The notes beneath the pieces are model-generated. The model worked only from the letters and a program-made list of their open reading frames with translations. It searched no databases and had not been told where the DNA came from. A program made the position numbers and the translations under genes. A stretch of 64,000 nucleotides of DNA from Guillardia theta CCMP2712 (taxonomy: Eukaryota > Protista > Cryptophyta), in assembly GCF_000315625.1 (NCBI RefSeq), contig NW_005434534.1:34115-98114 (forward strand), written 5' to 3'. Shown here piece by piece: positions 26,374-41,422 of the stretch (its first letter is position 1; each line of letters opens with the position of its first letter).

Positions 26374-27006
26374 GTTTGAGGCGCCATGGCGTTGATCGTC
26401 TCACTCCCCGCCCATCAGGAGCTGCAAGGGACAGCCACTCCGGTTGCTACTGTAGTGTTGAACCCACCCTTACTTCCTCCCCTTACCACCCCCTGTTTCC
26501 CTCATTGCACAACCCCGGGGTGCCATCCTATCCCTCATTCGCCCGTCCCCTTCGCCTCGCCCTCGCCCTCGTCCTCACTCTCGCCCCGTCCCCCGCCCCC
26601 GCTTCCTCCCTTGTCCCTCCCCCCCTGTCCCTCCCCTCTTGTCCCCGTCTCCCTTGTACGCACCCTGACCTCTTCAACCTCTCTTCTTCTCCCCGCAAAC
26701 CTCTTGCCGGTCGCTCTTGTTTGCCATCTGTCACAAATTCTTTGCAGTCACTTCTCTCCCGCTGCCTCAACCTCCTTCATCGGCTAGTCCTTCCTCCCAT
26801 TCTGATTGGCTGTTCCCTCACTCAACCTCCTCACCGTCTTGACGCATCGCGACTTGCTTCACTCGCGTTTCCTCCGTTGCGATTGTTGCTGGAGGTGCCC
26901 TGCATGTCGCAGTAGGGATGAAGGCAAGCTCGTACTGAAGGCAGGCCGGTGCAAGTGATACTCAGCGACTCCGACTTGCTGCAACAAGTCTTGAGAGCAA
27001 AGCAGG

Positions 27007-28125
27007 ATGAAGTGCAATGAGTGTACGGAAGGGCTGGAAGCTTCGTTTGAGTGTGTCGAGTGTGGGTTGCTTCTGTGCGATGAATGTCATCGGCATCATC
27101 GGAAGAGTAAGAGATCGTCGTCGCACTCCACCATTCCCCTCCCATCAGCTTGCAACGTCCCAACCCAACAGATTCCTGACGCTCCTTCGCCTCAAGTCAT
27201 CAAGCCGCGCATGGCACACAAGCTGTCGGGGCCCCGACCGAAGGAAGTCATCGACATCGACATGTTGACAGGTGAGTCTCAACGGGGGTCACTCGCTTGA
27301 CGTGCGCCATCAGAACACTTGCACGGAGGCAAGATGGATGACAAGAAGTACATCTTCCCTTGGAATTTGAAATTGTAAGTAATTGCTTGTCGCGCACCAC
27401 GAAGGCTCTTGTGCTTGAAGACTGACAGAATGATTTCAGGATCAGACAAAACGTACCAAACTGGAAGCCTTCCAACGTTGAAGGGAAGCAAGACAAGCTG
27501 GGCAAGAAAGCTCCAGGATGGCTGGGCATTGAGTTTGAGAATCGGGTGGACGGGCAAATGGTGATTACCAACGTGGTGCAAGGAGGACCAGCGGACGAGC
27601 GGCCGGACATCCGCAAGGGTGACCTCCTCGTCGCCATTGCCGACCGCAAAGTTCGCAAACTCCCCCCCTCGGACTTGGCAGGGCTCACAAAAGGAGAAGT
27701 CGGCTCGACGCTCGAGATGCAGGTTGGGGCTGAGTATCTCCCTGGGGCTGGTTTCTCTACCGAGCACTTGCTGGCATCGGGCAAGACGGTCAAGGTGGAA
27801 CGAGCCATGGCAAGCGAATGGACAGCGAGCGAGGATAATGGTGAGGCGAGGTGTAGCCAACTCACATGACAAGTGGACGCAGGAAAGGACCAGTCGACGA
27901 TCCTGCTGGGTTCTCCAGCCATTGAGATTTCAACCAGCAGCATCGCGAGATGCAGTCTCGATGAACAAGAATCCATCAACATCTCCAACTCCCCGCAGGT
28001 ACCTGGAATGCTGTGCATGCTCAAGTGATTGCCCTTGTCCAGGAGGACTCGCGGAACAGCCGTGCAAGCTCAGTCGTTTCCAACTCGTCGAGGAGTTAGA
28101 GCAGGAGCCATCAAATCATGAATGA
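27007..28125 (+). CDS. B-box zinc finger + PDZ domain protein (ends approximate)
   Basis: CNEC..FECVECGLLLCDECHRHHRKSKRSSSH (B-box); GWLGIEF..VITNVVQGGPADERPDIRKGDLLVAIADRKV..GEVGSTL (PDZ). Confidence 0.8.
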
Positions 28126-28834
28126 ATTACGAGATCCTGCGATGTCAGTGCATCCATCGGATCTCAACTTGCAACTTGGTAGAATGCTGCCCTGAGCCCT
28201 CAAGAAAATACCTTGCAGGTCAAGTTAACTGGAGAACAGTGCAGCTCTCCTTCAAGAAGGGCTAGTAAACGACCCTTCAATCCATGTAGAGTGTTGAACA
28301 TCCATGCTGACATCCCTGCCTGCTGACTTGAAGCTGCTTCTGCTCGCTCCGATTACCGTTCCTCAACGTGAAACAACATTCAACATTCTCTCTCAGATTT
28401 TAATACCAACCGGGTTGATTATAGTCCTCGTTCATGTAGGAGCCACCGTCACAGTCGTTGTGCAGGGGTCCACAATCCTCCTGATGCTGCTGAATGTATC
28501 CACTTGTGCTCGGATTGAAGCCGGTATGCATGGAGTACGGCTCTGTCACAAGCAACGTTGAGATACTCGCTGTTAGGAGAGAGCATGCACAATGAGCAAG
28601 AATACACGAGGGCCGTAGCCTCAACAAGCGTAAACAGAGACAGAAAAGATCTTAATATCCTTGTGTGGAAACAACTTGTGCTATGATGGAATGGAATCAC
28701 CTGGAATTTTCCTTGGCTGCGATGGATCACTGCCGATGGCGTCGAGAAACACAAGTTTGGTGAAGACTCCTCGTGCGAGATTCAGCATGATCTCAGGTTG
28801 AGCGAGTCCTACAACAAGCAAACGTCGTCACATT

Positions 28835-29092
28835 CCAGATGCCAGATGCCAGATGTCAGATGTCAGATGTCAGATGTCGGATATGAGAAGTCAGAAGTCA
28901 GATGTCGGATATGAGAAGTAAGAAGTCAGATGTCGGATATCAGAGTACAGACGTCACAAGTCAGATGTTGGAAGTCGGATGTAAGACATTGAAGTCAGAA
29001 GTCAGAAGTCATATGTTGGAAGTCAGATGCTGGTATTTAGATGTGACATGCGAGATGTCAGACATGAGATGTGTGGTGTTAGATGTTACAAG
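28835..29092. repeat. Degenerate 7-bp repeat array (AGATGTC/AGAAGTC)
   Basis: Heptad periodicity visible. Confidence 0.85.
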
Positions 29093-29241
29093 TCTGATCA
29101 GAGCGCAAGCCCTCTCACCTTCTCCTCCCCTCTCGCACCTCCTGTGCTCGGCGACTCTTCGGTTGTTGATTGCCTATAAAATCATCAATAGAATCAAGGA
29201 TTTACATTAGATCTACGATAAACTAGCAATAAAGGCATGCA

Positions 29242-30672
29242 ATGAAATGGCTTGTGGTGCTGGTGGTGCTGCATGGCGCCTCTAGTCTGGTGGTGAAGCC
29301 GGAGAAGGGAGAGGAGCTCAGGTGGGTCCCGGACGTCCCTCTGTGGATCCGATTGGACAAGAGCAGGAGGGAATGCTTTGACATCCATGTCGACGGGCTG
29401 TCGCAGACCATCGCGTGCGATAGCGACATCTTCATTGACGACCCAGGCATCGGCGAGCACTCGCTCCAGCTGTTTGCCACCTTCTTGCCGACAGCCTCGT
29501 CACTTGTCTACAACGAAACGTTCAGGCTCGTCGTCAAGGACACGATGCCTGACTGGCTGTCAGAAGACGGGAAGTACCAGTACCCCGAGAGTGTGGAGGG
29601 GTATCACCAGTGGTGGTATCACAGTGGCGTGTGGTCAAACACATACTGGCGGGGTGTTGTATCTCATAAAGCGCCGACAGACATGTGGAACTACCAAGAG
29701 ATCATACACGAGATCAAACCCTCGGTGCTAGACACCTTTCTGCTGTCTTGCCGTCTTGACGAAGTTCGAAGGTTGTTCTTGAAGTCGGAACACGTTTTGG
29801 AGGCTCCACGCTGTTTTTCTCAGATGTCATGAAAGCAGTACATCAAACATCTGCATACAAGATATTGACCGTTGACATCGACCACGACTCGATCAACTCA
29901 CAAGTGCGTTCGTCACGCCAACCTTGTCCTCTCTCACCCTTGGCAGTTGAACCGGGAGCCTCGCGTGGAGATTCTGACGGCACCATCGGCTTCGCTACGC
30001 GTGCAGAGACGTTTGAAGGTGAGACGAGGTAGAGACATCGGGAGCTGAAGGAGAGCTGTAGGAGCTGAGAGATGAGCTGCCCGGGTCACTCTTCGTCATT
30101 CTGGATGGTGATCATGGTTGGTGATTTCAAGTGCGATTGTTTGCCACTTGACCTTTGCCAAGGTGCCGACAACGTGACCCTCGAGCTGCAGGTTGTCAGC
30201 GCTCAGAGAAGTATGACGGTGTGATCGACGTGGCAGATGATCTCGCAGGTGCTGAGGAGAGGAGACTACGTGGTGGTTGAGGACACCAACCTTGTAAGTG
30301 AGCAGAGAGTCTCTTGTGCTGTCTTTACGCTTGAGCTCTTTGCCTCACGCTCTTCTAGGACGGCCATGAGTTTGCTGTTCATCCCAACTGGGGCCCGTGT
30401 CCGTATGATGCGGTGATTCAGTTCCTGGCGATGAACAGGTCAAAGCAACTCCCTCAATCCGCTCCTTTCTTACTTTACTTGGCTCCTAGAGAATTTTTCC
30501 GCCGAGACTTGCAGAGAGAAAGGAAGTTTGGTTTCTCGCAATCAGTATGCTGATCTTCATGTGGTTTGCTCTGAGCCTGGTGTTGAAGATGGCAGGTTTC
30601 CTTCGAGTTGTGGGCGAGGATCCTCAAAACATATATAGCCTCGAGCTACACAATCCTTACCTCGACATGTGA
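29242..30672 (+). CDS. CmcI/cephalosporin-hydroxylase-family (rhamnosyl O-methyltransferase-like) protein with signal peptide
   Basis: TYWRGVVSHKAPTDMWNYQEIIHEIKPS/VVLEVGTRFGGS, ILTVDID, FVILDGDH, GDYVVVEDTNL, WGPCPYDAV; hydrophobic N-terminus MKWLVVLVVLHGASS. Confidence 0.85.
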
Positions 30673-30959
30673 TCTCATGACCTTGGTCCGCCTGCATTCA
30701 GATTATGCCAAAAGGTTCCCGACTCTTTCCTTGCTTCAGCATTTCAAATCACCATATCAGTATCGTCTAATATGAAAATTGAAAAGTTGAATATCTCAAA
30801 AAGTCTGCATCATTCTTTGAAACTCTTTGGATTTTTATCACAGTTGGGGTGAATTGTCAGGACAGTAGAGAGAAAACTGAAAATTTTCTTTGAATTTGAT
30901 TATGCACTTTTCCGCTTTGTAGTCTGCAACTGAATCTCTATGTTGTCATCTTAGTAAAT

Positions 30960-33194
30960 AAGGAAATTTCAGGTCTTGAATTCTACAACATGGCCAAATC
31001 CATGTTCCTGCTCAAAAAAACAAGCAGATCAGACTGAAACACCTGTGCTCACAACATGAGCCTCCTTTCTTTGTACGACGACGTGAACCTCAGGAGATCC
31101 ATCAAGACTTTGGGATTCCGCTAAGGCAAATGACACAACCAAAGTGAGATCGCTTGTCTTTCATTAGTTGCATGTCGGAAATTTTAAGCTATGAGAATGT
31201 TTAGGGACCCTTGGGGCGCGTGCTGGCAAGGAAGCCGTTTGGTTGATTTCTTTGAGGAGAATGCTTGTTCACAGAGGCTTGCTCTAACCTGACGACAAGC
31301 CATAAACGTCATCCTTGCGTTCAATCACTCAAAAGGGTCTCTGTCACCTTCTTATCCAACCAGACTCATCAGAGGACGAAGATTCTTCTTGGAACGACTC
31401 CTCCATTCTGCCTCCTGCCCTTCGATCCTCGGATAGCGAGCGCTCCATCTGACTTGAGTTTCTCGGACGTTGGGAATAGCTCAAGCTGTCGGACTTCATC
31501 TTCTTCTCTGCCTGCAGTATTGAATACATTTCACGTAAAGAATATTTTGCAGCCGAGAGTCCTCTACGACAACTGTACATATGATTCTTTAAGACACTTC
31601 CATGATTTGATAGCCAAGACGATTGCAAAGTGTTTGCTACTAAACTCAGCTGCTCTTCAAGGAGGCTGACAGTTTCAATGCCTTGCCTTAGGCACAAATC
31701 CGCCTCCTCGGCACCTTCAACAGCATCTCTTGAGACGTGACCTCGTTCAGTATCCTCATGTTCGTGCATTCTCACTTCCATGATTCTTAAATAATTACCT
31801 GGAACCACGCCAAACCCTCCCTCAAGGTTTTGAACCAGGTACCAACCGTCTGCATGCCTGGCTTTGACTTGCAAGACCTCTCCACATTTAATGCTTAGTT
31901 CATCACGTTCGTTTGCTGAATAATCAAACAAACAAACGGCAGTAGTTCCTTTTGGGGTCGCATGTCCTGTAGTCCTCACTTGTATGAATTCTTTGGCTGG
32001 GGTTTCAAAGCAAAGCTCCAACGTTTCGTCATCTTGCTTGTATACCTTCTCTGAATCATGCGTCCCAGCGCCCAGCTCGTGAGCTTGTGGCTCCATGTGA
32101 ATGTTGGAGTTATAGGAATGTACTTCATCGTTGAGCTTGCATGCTGAAGTGAATTGATCTATGGCTGCCATGTCAGAAGCATGTTGATCCAACATCTCCT
32201 CCTTGTCAGCATGGGTCACGATCATCAATTCGCTTAGACGAGTTTCTTCAGGGCCGAGCCGTCTGAATGGTATGATGAGGGACTCTCCGTTCCCGGTGAT
32301 GTTGGGAGCAAGCAAACCATCAATGTAGGCTACCAGGTCATCCTCATTCCCCTGCAGCACCAGACCGACGTCTAAGATGATGCCAGTGTAGCACAGACGA
32401 ACGAATCCTTTGAGACCTAGATGGCAACATACTTGCTGATGCCACATGTCCATCTTAGGGGCACTAGCAGTCGGAATCAGTGTGCCTTGAAATTGTAGTG
32501 TACACTCGCAGGAACAAGAGGAAATGGCAATGGCGTCAGAAAGGGTTCGACGAGAGCCATCTTTGCACATGATCGCAACAGCTGAGCGAATCAGATCTTC
32601 CTTCCTCACGTTTTGCTCCTCATCTACAGAAATAGCATCCAAGATTTTGATGATGGATTCAGAATCCCAATCTCTTTGTTGCAGAAACTTATAGGCGTCT
32701 CGTCGTGAAACTAAGCCAGCTCCAAGCCCCAACATCTGAGAGTTGCCAACGTTAGCATAAGACAAACTGAAACACCTGAAAAGATGAGATATATGTGGGC
32801 ATATCTCTTTACCTGCGAAAAGAGCATGACTGGACATCTGTTTTCAAATCTCTCTGAAAGTTTGACGCCATCCTTTTTACTTTCCGCCAGAACTGAAATA
32901 GAAAAGCCACAACATTCGCAGATCTGAGCAAACAGATAAAGTAAGAACTGGAATCCTTGTCCATTTTCTGATGTTTTCGTATATAACAAACATAATACTT
33001 TTCTACTAGTCCATCACTTGTTCAAACTTGTGATCAGGCTTTCATGTCATTCTATACTCTAAACATTTAAGCCAGTGCATTCTAATTGCCGCTGCTTGTC
33101 GAAGACCCTGTTCTCATCTAGTCTTCAAGTCGCTCTCGGCGTCTCGTTTCGAGCTCATGCGTGACCTCACCAGCGTTCGTCTTGCTTCAGCCAT
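30960..33194 (-). CDS. SH3-domain protein (ends approximate)
   Basis: AVCLFDYSANERDELSIKCGEVLQVKARHADGWYLVQNLEGGFGVVPGNYL in ORF 31344-32837. Confidence 0.8.
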
Positions 33195-33380
33195 ACTTCC
33201 CGCCTTGAGCCCTTCCATGCAGCTGTCAGCACAGAGATTTCGAGCTGCTACCGGTGCGAAAGAGGAGGGGTGGTATGATAGTAGGTCCGTTATAGGGGTG
33301 GGGTCAAGAAGCAGTAGGGGTTGTGCCTATCGAGACCTGGATGCATCTCAACCCCAGGATGATCGACAGATGATTCAGAT

Positions 33381-33548
33381 TCAATGTGAACATCCTTCTC
33401 TCAATCAATGTGAACATCCTTCTCTCAATCAATGTGAACATCCTTCTCTCAATCAATGTGAACATCCTTCTCTCAATCAATGTGAACATCCTTCTCTCAA
33501 TCGATGTGAACATCCTTCTCTCAATCGATGTGAACATCCTTCTCTCAA
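33381..33548. repeat. 24-bp tandem repeat (TGTGAACATCCTTCTCTCAATC(A/G)A) x7
   Basis: Directly visible. Confidence 0.95.
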
Positions 33549-33637
33549 GCAATCATGTCAAGTGTTTATTTGAAACTTCTGGAAGCTCAAGCCACAAATC
33601 ACTGCTCCCTTATTCCAGCTCGTGTTCAACACGAGTC

Positions 33638-35392
<1,755 letters not shown>

Positions 35393-35880
35393 GCGCCCAA
35401 GAAGGTCCCTCATCCCCGCACCCCAGCGGGGGGCACTTGGACACACTGCCACCGCCACTTCAAGGCTTGTGACTGGTGACTCGGACACCCGTGACTGCCC
35501 GTTGGATGGGCGGCCCGGCCCGGCCCGGCCCGGCCCGGTGACCGTCGTGGTGCACTGCGGAAGTCCGAGTCACGCGGCCACTGGTTGGACGGCCGGGTGG
35601 CCGACCGTACCGGCCGCGTTGGAACTTGGCTGGGCCCGGCGCCGGCGATGGCCGTAGTATCGCGGCGCTCGACTCTCGGATCATCCGAGATAATCACTGA
35701 CTCGTGAGCCGCTCACAGTTCGGAGGCACGGTGACCATCGGATCCGATCCGAGTCGGATCCGATCGGACAGTCACCGTCACGGTGGCTCAGTGCGGCGCC
35801 CGGAACTGTTACTGATGAGGCCGCCGCCGTATAAGATACTACGGTGGCACGGGTTCTGCTGGTTCTCATTTATTATCAAG

Positions 35881-37006
35881 TTACAGATACTTCATCTTTC
35901 GAATAATCTTAAATTGCTCTGGTATCTCCATCAATGCGTGCATGGCGAATACAGCATCAGGGTTTCTCCCAGGAGGAACTCGACTGTCGCAAGAAAAGTC
36001 AAAACTTTCCTGTTCAAAGGGATGAGCCACGAGTACCTCATCACTTTTTCAAACGGAACGAACTGAAAGTTGTCAAATTTCCTGCGTCATGGTTGTCGGT
36101 TAGTTAGCCCTTTGAAGATCTGTCTCTGCTGTGGATATACCGTGCAGGCAGCTGATCATCAAACTCTTCCATCTACACGCATCAAATTTCCAGTCAGCAA
36201 GTGCTATGCGCTCTCACGTAAGCCCTCACCATTTCCCAAGGCCCATCACCAACCCCTACAACAATGATGGACAATGCATAGCTTGAAGCCTCAACGATGG
36301 CATTTTCTGTATCCTTGCGATTTGTGACTTGTCCGTCGGCAATGATGACCAGGATGTGGTAAGCATTCTCTTGCTTCACTATGGTGATAGCTTCGCGGAT
36401 GACGGGGCCTAACAAGCATTAGGCACTCGCTCGCTTCCCTCGTCAATGACCGAAATTCGTCGGGCCTGCCAGGACGATGCCTGGCGTAATCTCATTGTAC
36501 CGTGAAAGAACCTGTCATGCTTGAGAATAGGAAGAGTAGAAATGCGAGACCTGCCTCCTCGAAGCCTTGGCAGGGGCGTTTGTCGGGAAAGAAGGGAAAG
36601 CATTGCTTGTCTGTCGTGAAGTTGTCACCGAAACCGTAGGCAGGAATGAGCTTGTCGTCATCAAAGGCCTCCAGTGTGCGACCAACTACGGAGATAACGC
36701 GCTGGTAGGGGTTCAAAGCAGCTGCATCAAGGTGGTGGAGACACCTTCCACCAAAACTCTTTTCGCCTGTCCATGTATTGGACTTGGTAAAGTCAATGCC
36801 TGCAAGCCCTTCACTCGAAATATCCTCCTCCTCCTCCTCCTCCTCCTCCTACCCAAGATCAAGTTACTGGATTCCAAACCCACATCTCTCAGCGCTTTCT
36901 GCACTTCTTCGATTGAGTTGTAATTGTCAGCGATTGCAAAAAAGCGATCGGGTGGCTGCGTTTTCCTGCTTGTTGATGCTTCTTTGTGCGAAAAACAATT
37001 CCCCAT
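35881..37006 (-). CDS. Copine/RGLG-type vWA protein, N-acylated, lacking C2 and RING domains
   Basis: MGNC start; GLESSNLILGIDFTKSN, NPYQRVISVVGRTLEAFDDDKLIPAYGFGD, GPTNFGPVI, YHILVIIADGQV, IVVGVGDGPW, FDNFQFV, ALMEIPEQF. Confidence 0.92.
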
Positions 37007-37606
37007 CTTCGAGGACCGGCAAGAACAAGTCCCGACAAGACTCTGCCAATCGACTGAGTCAGGCAAGGCTTGAGAAGTCGGACATGGTTCAAAGACAAAC
37101 TAAAGACTAAACCTCACAAGAGTTGCATGCCATGGATGATAAGCAATCAGTCAAGGAAACAATGATGGGATAATGACAAACAAGAGGACAACATCAAGAC
37201 ACAAGCCCATAGCTGCTCCTTTCTCGCTCCTTGACAAGAGTGTCCCTCATGACAAGAGTGTCCCTCATCTCAGTTGCCCCGAGCACATTCAGGATCAAGG
37301 TACACAACTTTTTGAGTTTTCTATGTTGTTATGTTGTTATAGGTGCCTTCTATTTCAATCTAATTTTAATCTGAGGCAGCCTCGTCCTAGTAGCTTGCTC
37401 TTACCACTTGCCGGGCCCGCCGGCCAGCTCAGCTGAGAGGAGGCAAGAACGTTACACGGAGTACAGTAGTGTTGGTGTTGACTATAACCGCTCATACGGA
37501 ATTAGATCGCATGGCTGTCGTGCGGGCTTGTAGTGCGCGTGGCGAGTAGGAGGGAGAGCAAGGAGACAATAAGAAGAGAAGGAGGAGTTTCAGGCAAGAG
37601 ATTCTT

Positions 37607-37694
37607 GGGGAGGGAGGGAGGGAGGGAGGGAGGGAGGGAGGGAGGGAGGGAGGGAGGGAGGGAGGGAGGGAGGGAGGGAGGGAGGGAGGGAGGG
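37607..37694. repeat. (GGGA)n microsatellite
   Basis: Directly visible. Confidence 0.95.
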
Positions 37695-37818
37695 ATGTGA
37701 GGGAAAGGGAGGAGAGGGGTTGAAATCAAGGTTAGAAGAAGAATTTGTCAATGCAGCGTGCAATCCAGTGAATGTCCCTTCATTTTGGTTTTCTTGGTTG
37801 TTGATCCATACTTCCAAG

Positions 37819-38580
37819 ATGTCGAGGACAACAGACGGATACCTCCGTCTCTCGAACGGGCAACGAGCAGCCTTTGTCGTGCTAGGTTCACCTTGACTTT
37901 CACGGAAAGAAATTCATGACGCGAGCAGGTACATTATTTTCGGTTGTGCTAGTAACTCTGCTTGGAGACGACAGGCTAGTTTCATATTTCAGTTTACGTT
38001 ATATCTTACCAATGCTCCAGTGGATATCGTTCCACAATGTCTGCTCGTGGTGTTCAGACAAAGAGAGTGCTTGAAGGTACTCGCATCATCTTGTTTTGGG
38101 TTTAGCAAATTTTCTGAAATATTAGCAGCCTTGCAAAATAGCGTTGAGGCCAAAAGTTTGTTCGGTGAAGCGGCAGGAGCAGGGTGGACAGGTCACACAC
38201 ATTTCGAGCCCAACCCAGGGGCAGACGTCGGGGTTGCGACGAGGTGAGAAAAGGCGGAATGAAAAAAACGATTGACGGGCTGCAGCAACTTTCCTGGTGA
38301 CTACGTGGGAACCTATGGGGGATACACAACGGACTACACAAATGACTTGGAGAGGCGAATGACGATGCACAGGTAGACAGCCAACTTGTTGTGGACAGAG
38401 GTAGCAGTTAAGTCGTTGTCAGGGGCTCAATTGTGGATGCCCAACTCAACCCTGATAGCGCTGATCCCAAGGTGAAGGGATACCTTGACGAAGCCAACAA
38501 GAAATTGGTATGAGCAGCACTCCATTCCACATTCAGGATAATCGTTTCACAGGACATGCCGGGAATTCTCAGCTTTCCCT
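37819..38580 (+). CDS. Small multi-exon protein with N-terminal hydrophobic segment, unknown function
   Basis: Short exons joined by GT-AG introns: MSRTTDGYLRLSNGQRAAFVVL..LFSVVLVTLL..GWTGHTHFEPNPGADVG..DYVGTYGGYTTDY. Confidence 0.4.
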
Positions 38581-38740
38581 GAGCTTTGAACAACTTCACC
38601 TTGAATACCAAATTAATGCATCCGAGCAATGCTAAAATAAGCTAGCTTTTTCCGCGGTGTTGCCTGGTCGGAACAAGGAAGTGTGTAAGTGACTTCATTG
38701 TACACGAGACGATCTTAGGAGAATTAAGTTAAAACGAAAT

Positions 38741-39728
38741 TCAGATATCGTCGATGTCGTCATCTTTGTCTGACTCTTCTGATTCCGATTCCCTTTCGTC
38801 CTCCTGAATCAAACGTTAGCTTCCCAATGGGACCTCTTATGCAACAAACCTCCTCTCCCCCACTTCCGAATTCAAAGTTGTCCTCTCCTCCCTCTTCGGT
38901 CTCGTTGAGCTTTACTGTTTCGGGAAGCTCATTTGCTGCCTTCAGGGCACGAACTTCATCCGGCATGTACTTGTCGATGACATCTGCTTTGTTATCCTGG
39001 AGAAAAAATTCAAACGGAGTTAACATGTGCATTGACTTCTGCACCTGAAATCCACGAAGACTGATGAGGACGATGTCTCCGACTGCGATGCGAACTTTGC
39101 GACCCATTTTGCCGCAAATGTGGCACATTCGCTTGACACCATCGAAGCAGTACGCCTCCAACCATGGCCCTCCATGCATCTTGAGCACTTGAGCATACTC
39201 TACGAATTCAAGTCAGCAGGACGTGATTGGCTGGAAGCAACGAGAGTCAGTCGCACCTTGTCCCTCGTCTGTATTCTTGAAATGAAGTTCACGCTTGCCA
39301 TCACGATCACTTTTGGCGCGTGATCTGTTCTTTCCTCCTTTTCCTGACAAGACCAAAACATGTCAAAATTGGTTGCATGGAAAATGAAAAATTGATCAGA
39401 ACTCAATCCAAAATGTTCACTTTTGCGTTGTAATTATTGTTCAAAAACTGAATTCGCCAGAAAACAAACTGCTTAAATGTTCGAGGCTGTCTCAATGATT
39501 CAACACACATGCCACCAATGTATCCAGAACAACTGAAACCACATGTATCCTCCAACTTCATCACGAAACTCAACTATTTTAAGGAAGACGTTCATCCCGC
39601 AACATACTCATCAATACTGAGGACTGGCACATTCCGTTCTTCTCTTCTCTTCTCTTCTCTTCTCTTCTCTTCTCTCCTCTTCTCTTCTGTCCTCTCCTCT
39701 CCTCTCTCTTACCTTTGTTCTTAGGCAT
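38741..39728 (-). CDS. EIF1A: Eukaryotic translation initiation factor 1A, divergent
   Basis: Spliced [71 protein letters not shown]. Confidence 0.93.
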
Positions 39729-40924
39729 GATGACGCGCACGCGAGGGAGATGGTACCACCCACCCGGGTCCTGCCCGGTTTTGATACCCCCACCCCTTGA
39801 GCCCCATACCACCCATGTACCCCACTTGTCCCATTGCTTTGCGAGGGATACGTGAGCCCCTAACCCCCCAGCCTGGGCTCAATCGCCGTTGCACCCCACC
39901 TTGCACAGAGATTTCAAATGTTAGTGGCAAGTTTGAATTCTATTTCTGGAAATTTATTGTTTACAATTCTTTTATAAAATGACAGTAACTTTTAACTAGT
40001 AGAGGTGAGAGATGCGTAGCGGAGGGAGGGAGGGAGGGAGAAGATGAGCATGCATAGTGTTTGTATGCATACACATGCGTACAAGCAGACTGAAAGGCTA
40101 CATCGTGAAACTCGATTATTCATATAACATGGGCAGATAGAAGACCCACCGTTGCAAACTATACTACAGCGTGTGGAAGTTTATACACCTGTTGTGAAAA
40201 TATAAAGTCGAAGCTGTGTCCGTTGACATGAGACTTTTGGCGACTCATTTTTTCGGCAGAATGTGATAAGCCTGTTGTTTCACTAGAATTCATTAATGTT
40301 CAAATACCAAAGATCACGCAAGCTGGTGAACGCCATCCTGATGAATGCCGCCAAAGTGAAGAAATCTAAACATGTATGCTCTTGAAAGTTCTCAGTTTTC
40401 ACGTTCTAATTGGCTGTACAAACACACCACAATGTTGGACCAGTCGTGGTACCGACTTCATCTATGCTCACAATCCTATTTCAAAGGGAACACGTGACAC
40501 CTCATCGACGGGAGAAGAAGAGATGCATTTTTTACCCCGAGTATGCCATAAACACAATGTTGGGTCTCTGACACCATCAGAGCTCGCTTCGTGACCTTCA
40601 GATTCATTACCTGAAACCAGGCCAATGTCGGATAAGTTCAAGTAAGTGCATGAAAATCAGTAATCCGATCTCTCTCTCCTTCTCAGCCTTCTTTCGCTAC
40701 ACCATCCTACCTAGGATACGCACTCACATGAGATCAACACTTAAAGAAATGCTTTGTTGGCTCTGCTTGAATTCTCCCTCAAACCTCCATTCCCTTCTAG
40801 TCACCGGCCTGTCCTCGTCTTGATGTTGTCTCCCTTCCCTGGACTCCATTTGCTATCTCCCCTGGACTCTCCTCGCCCTTGCTCTGTCTGTCTCTATCTC
40901 TGTTTCTATCTCTGTCTCCATCTC

Positions 40925-40971
40925 TGTCTGTCTGTCTGTCTGCCTGCCTGCCTGCCTGCCTGTCTGTCTGT

Positions 40972-41060
<89 letters not shown>

Positions 41061-41102
41061 TCCTCTGTCTGTCTGTCTCTCCCTCTGTCTGTCTGTCTGT
41101 CT
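40925..41102. repeat. (CCTG)n/(TCTG)n microsatellite
   Basis: Directly visible. Confidence 0.95.
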
Positions 41103-41422
41103 ACCCTAGACTCTTCTGAGAGACGACTTGTACCAACAGTGCCGCATAGGCTATAAATGCAATGAGTCATGTTCACACCTCGATCGGTACATCCATTACC
41201 ATTTGATCCCTGCCTTGAGGTTGCCTCAAACACCATGTTTCTTGGCGTATAACAACACAATGCTAAATTGATCATTTTGTTTGTGCGGGTGTTTCAAGAC
41301 TGAAAGATTTATTGTCAAATATGAAAGATTCACGATTAAGGAATTACGGATATCTGAGGGAGGAAACATGACAGCATTTATAAACACCTCATTGAAGACG
41401 TACTCGAAGCATCGTGATGCAA

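Noticed and set aside
38305-38372. GIY-YIG nuclease motif (YVG..YTNDLERRMTMH)
   Set aside because: No upstream GIY-like strand or downstream catalytic Glu helix; the surrounding exons look like an unrelated small membrane-anchored protein
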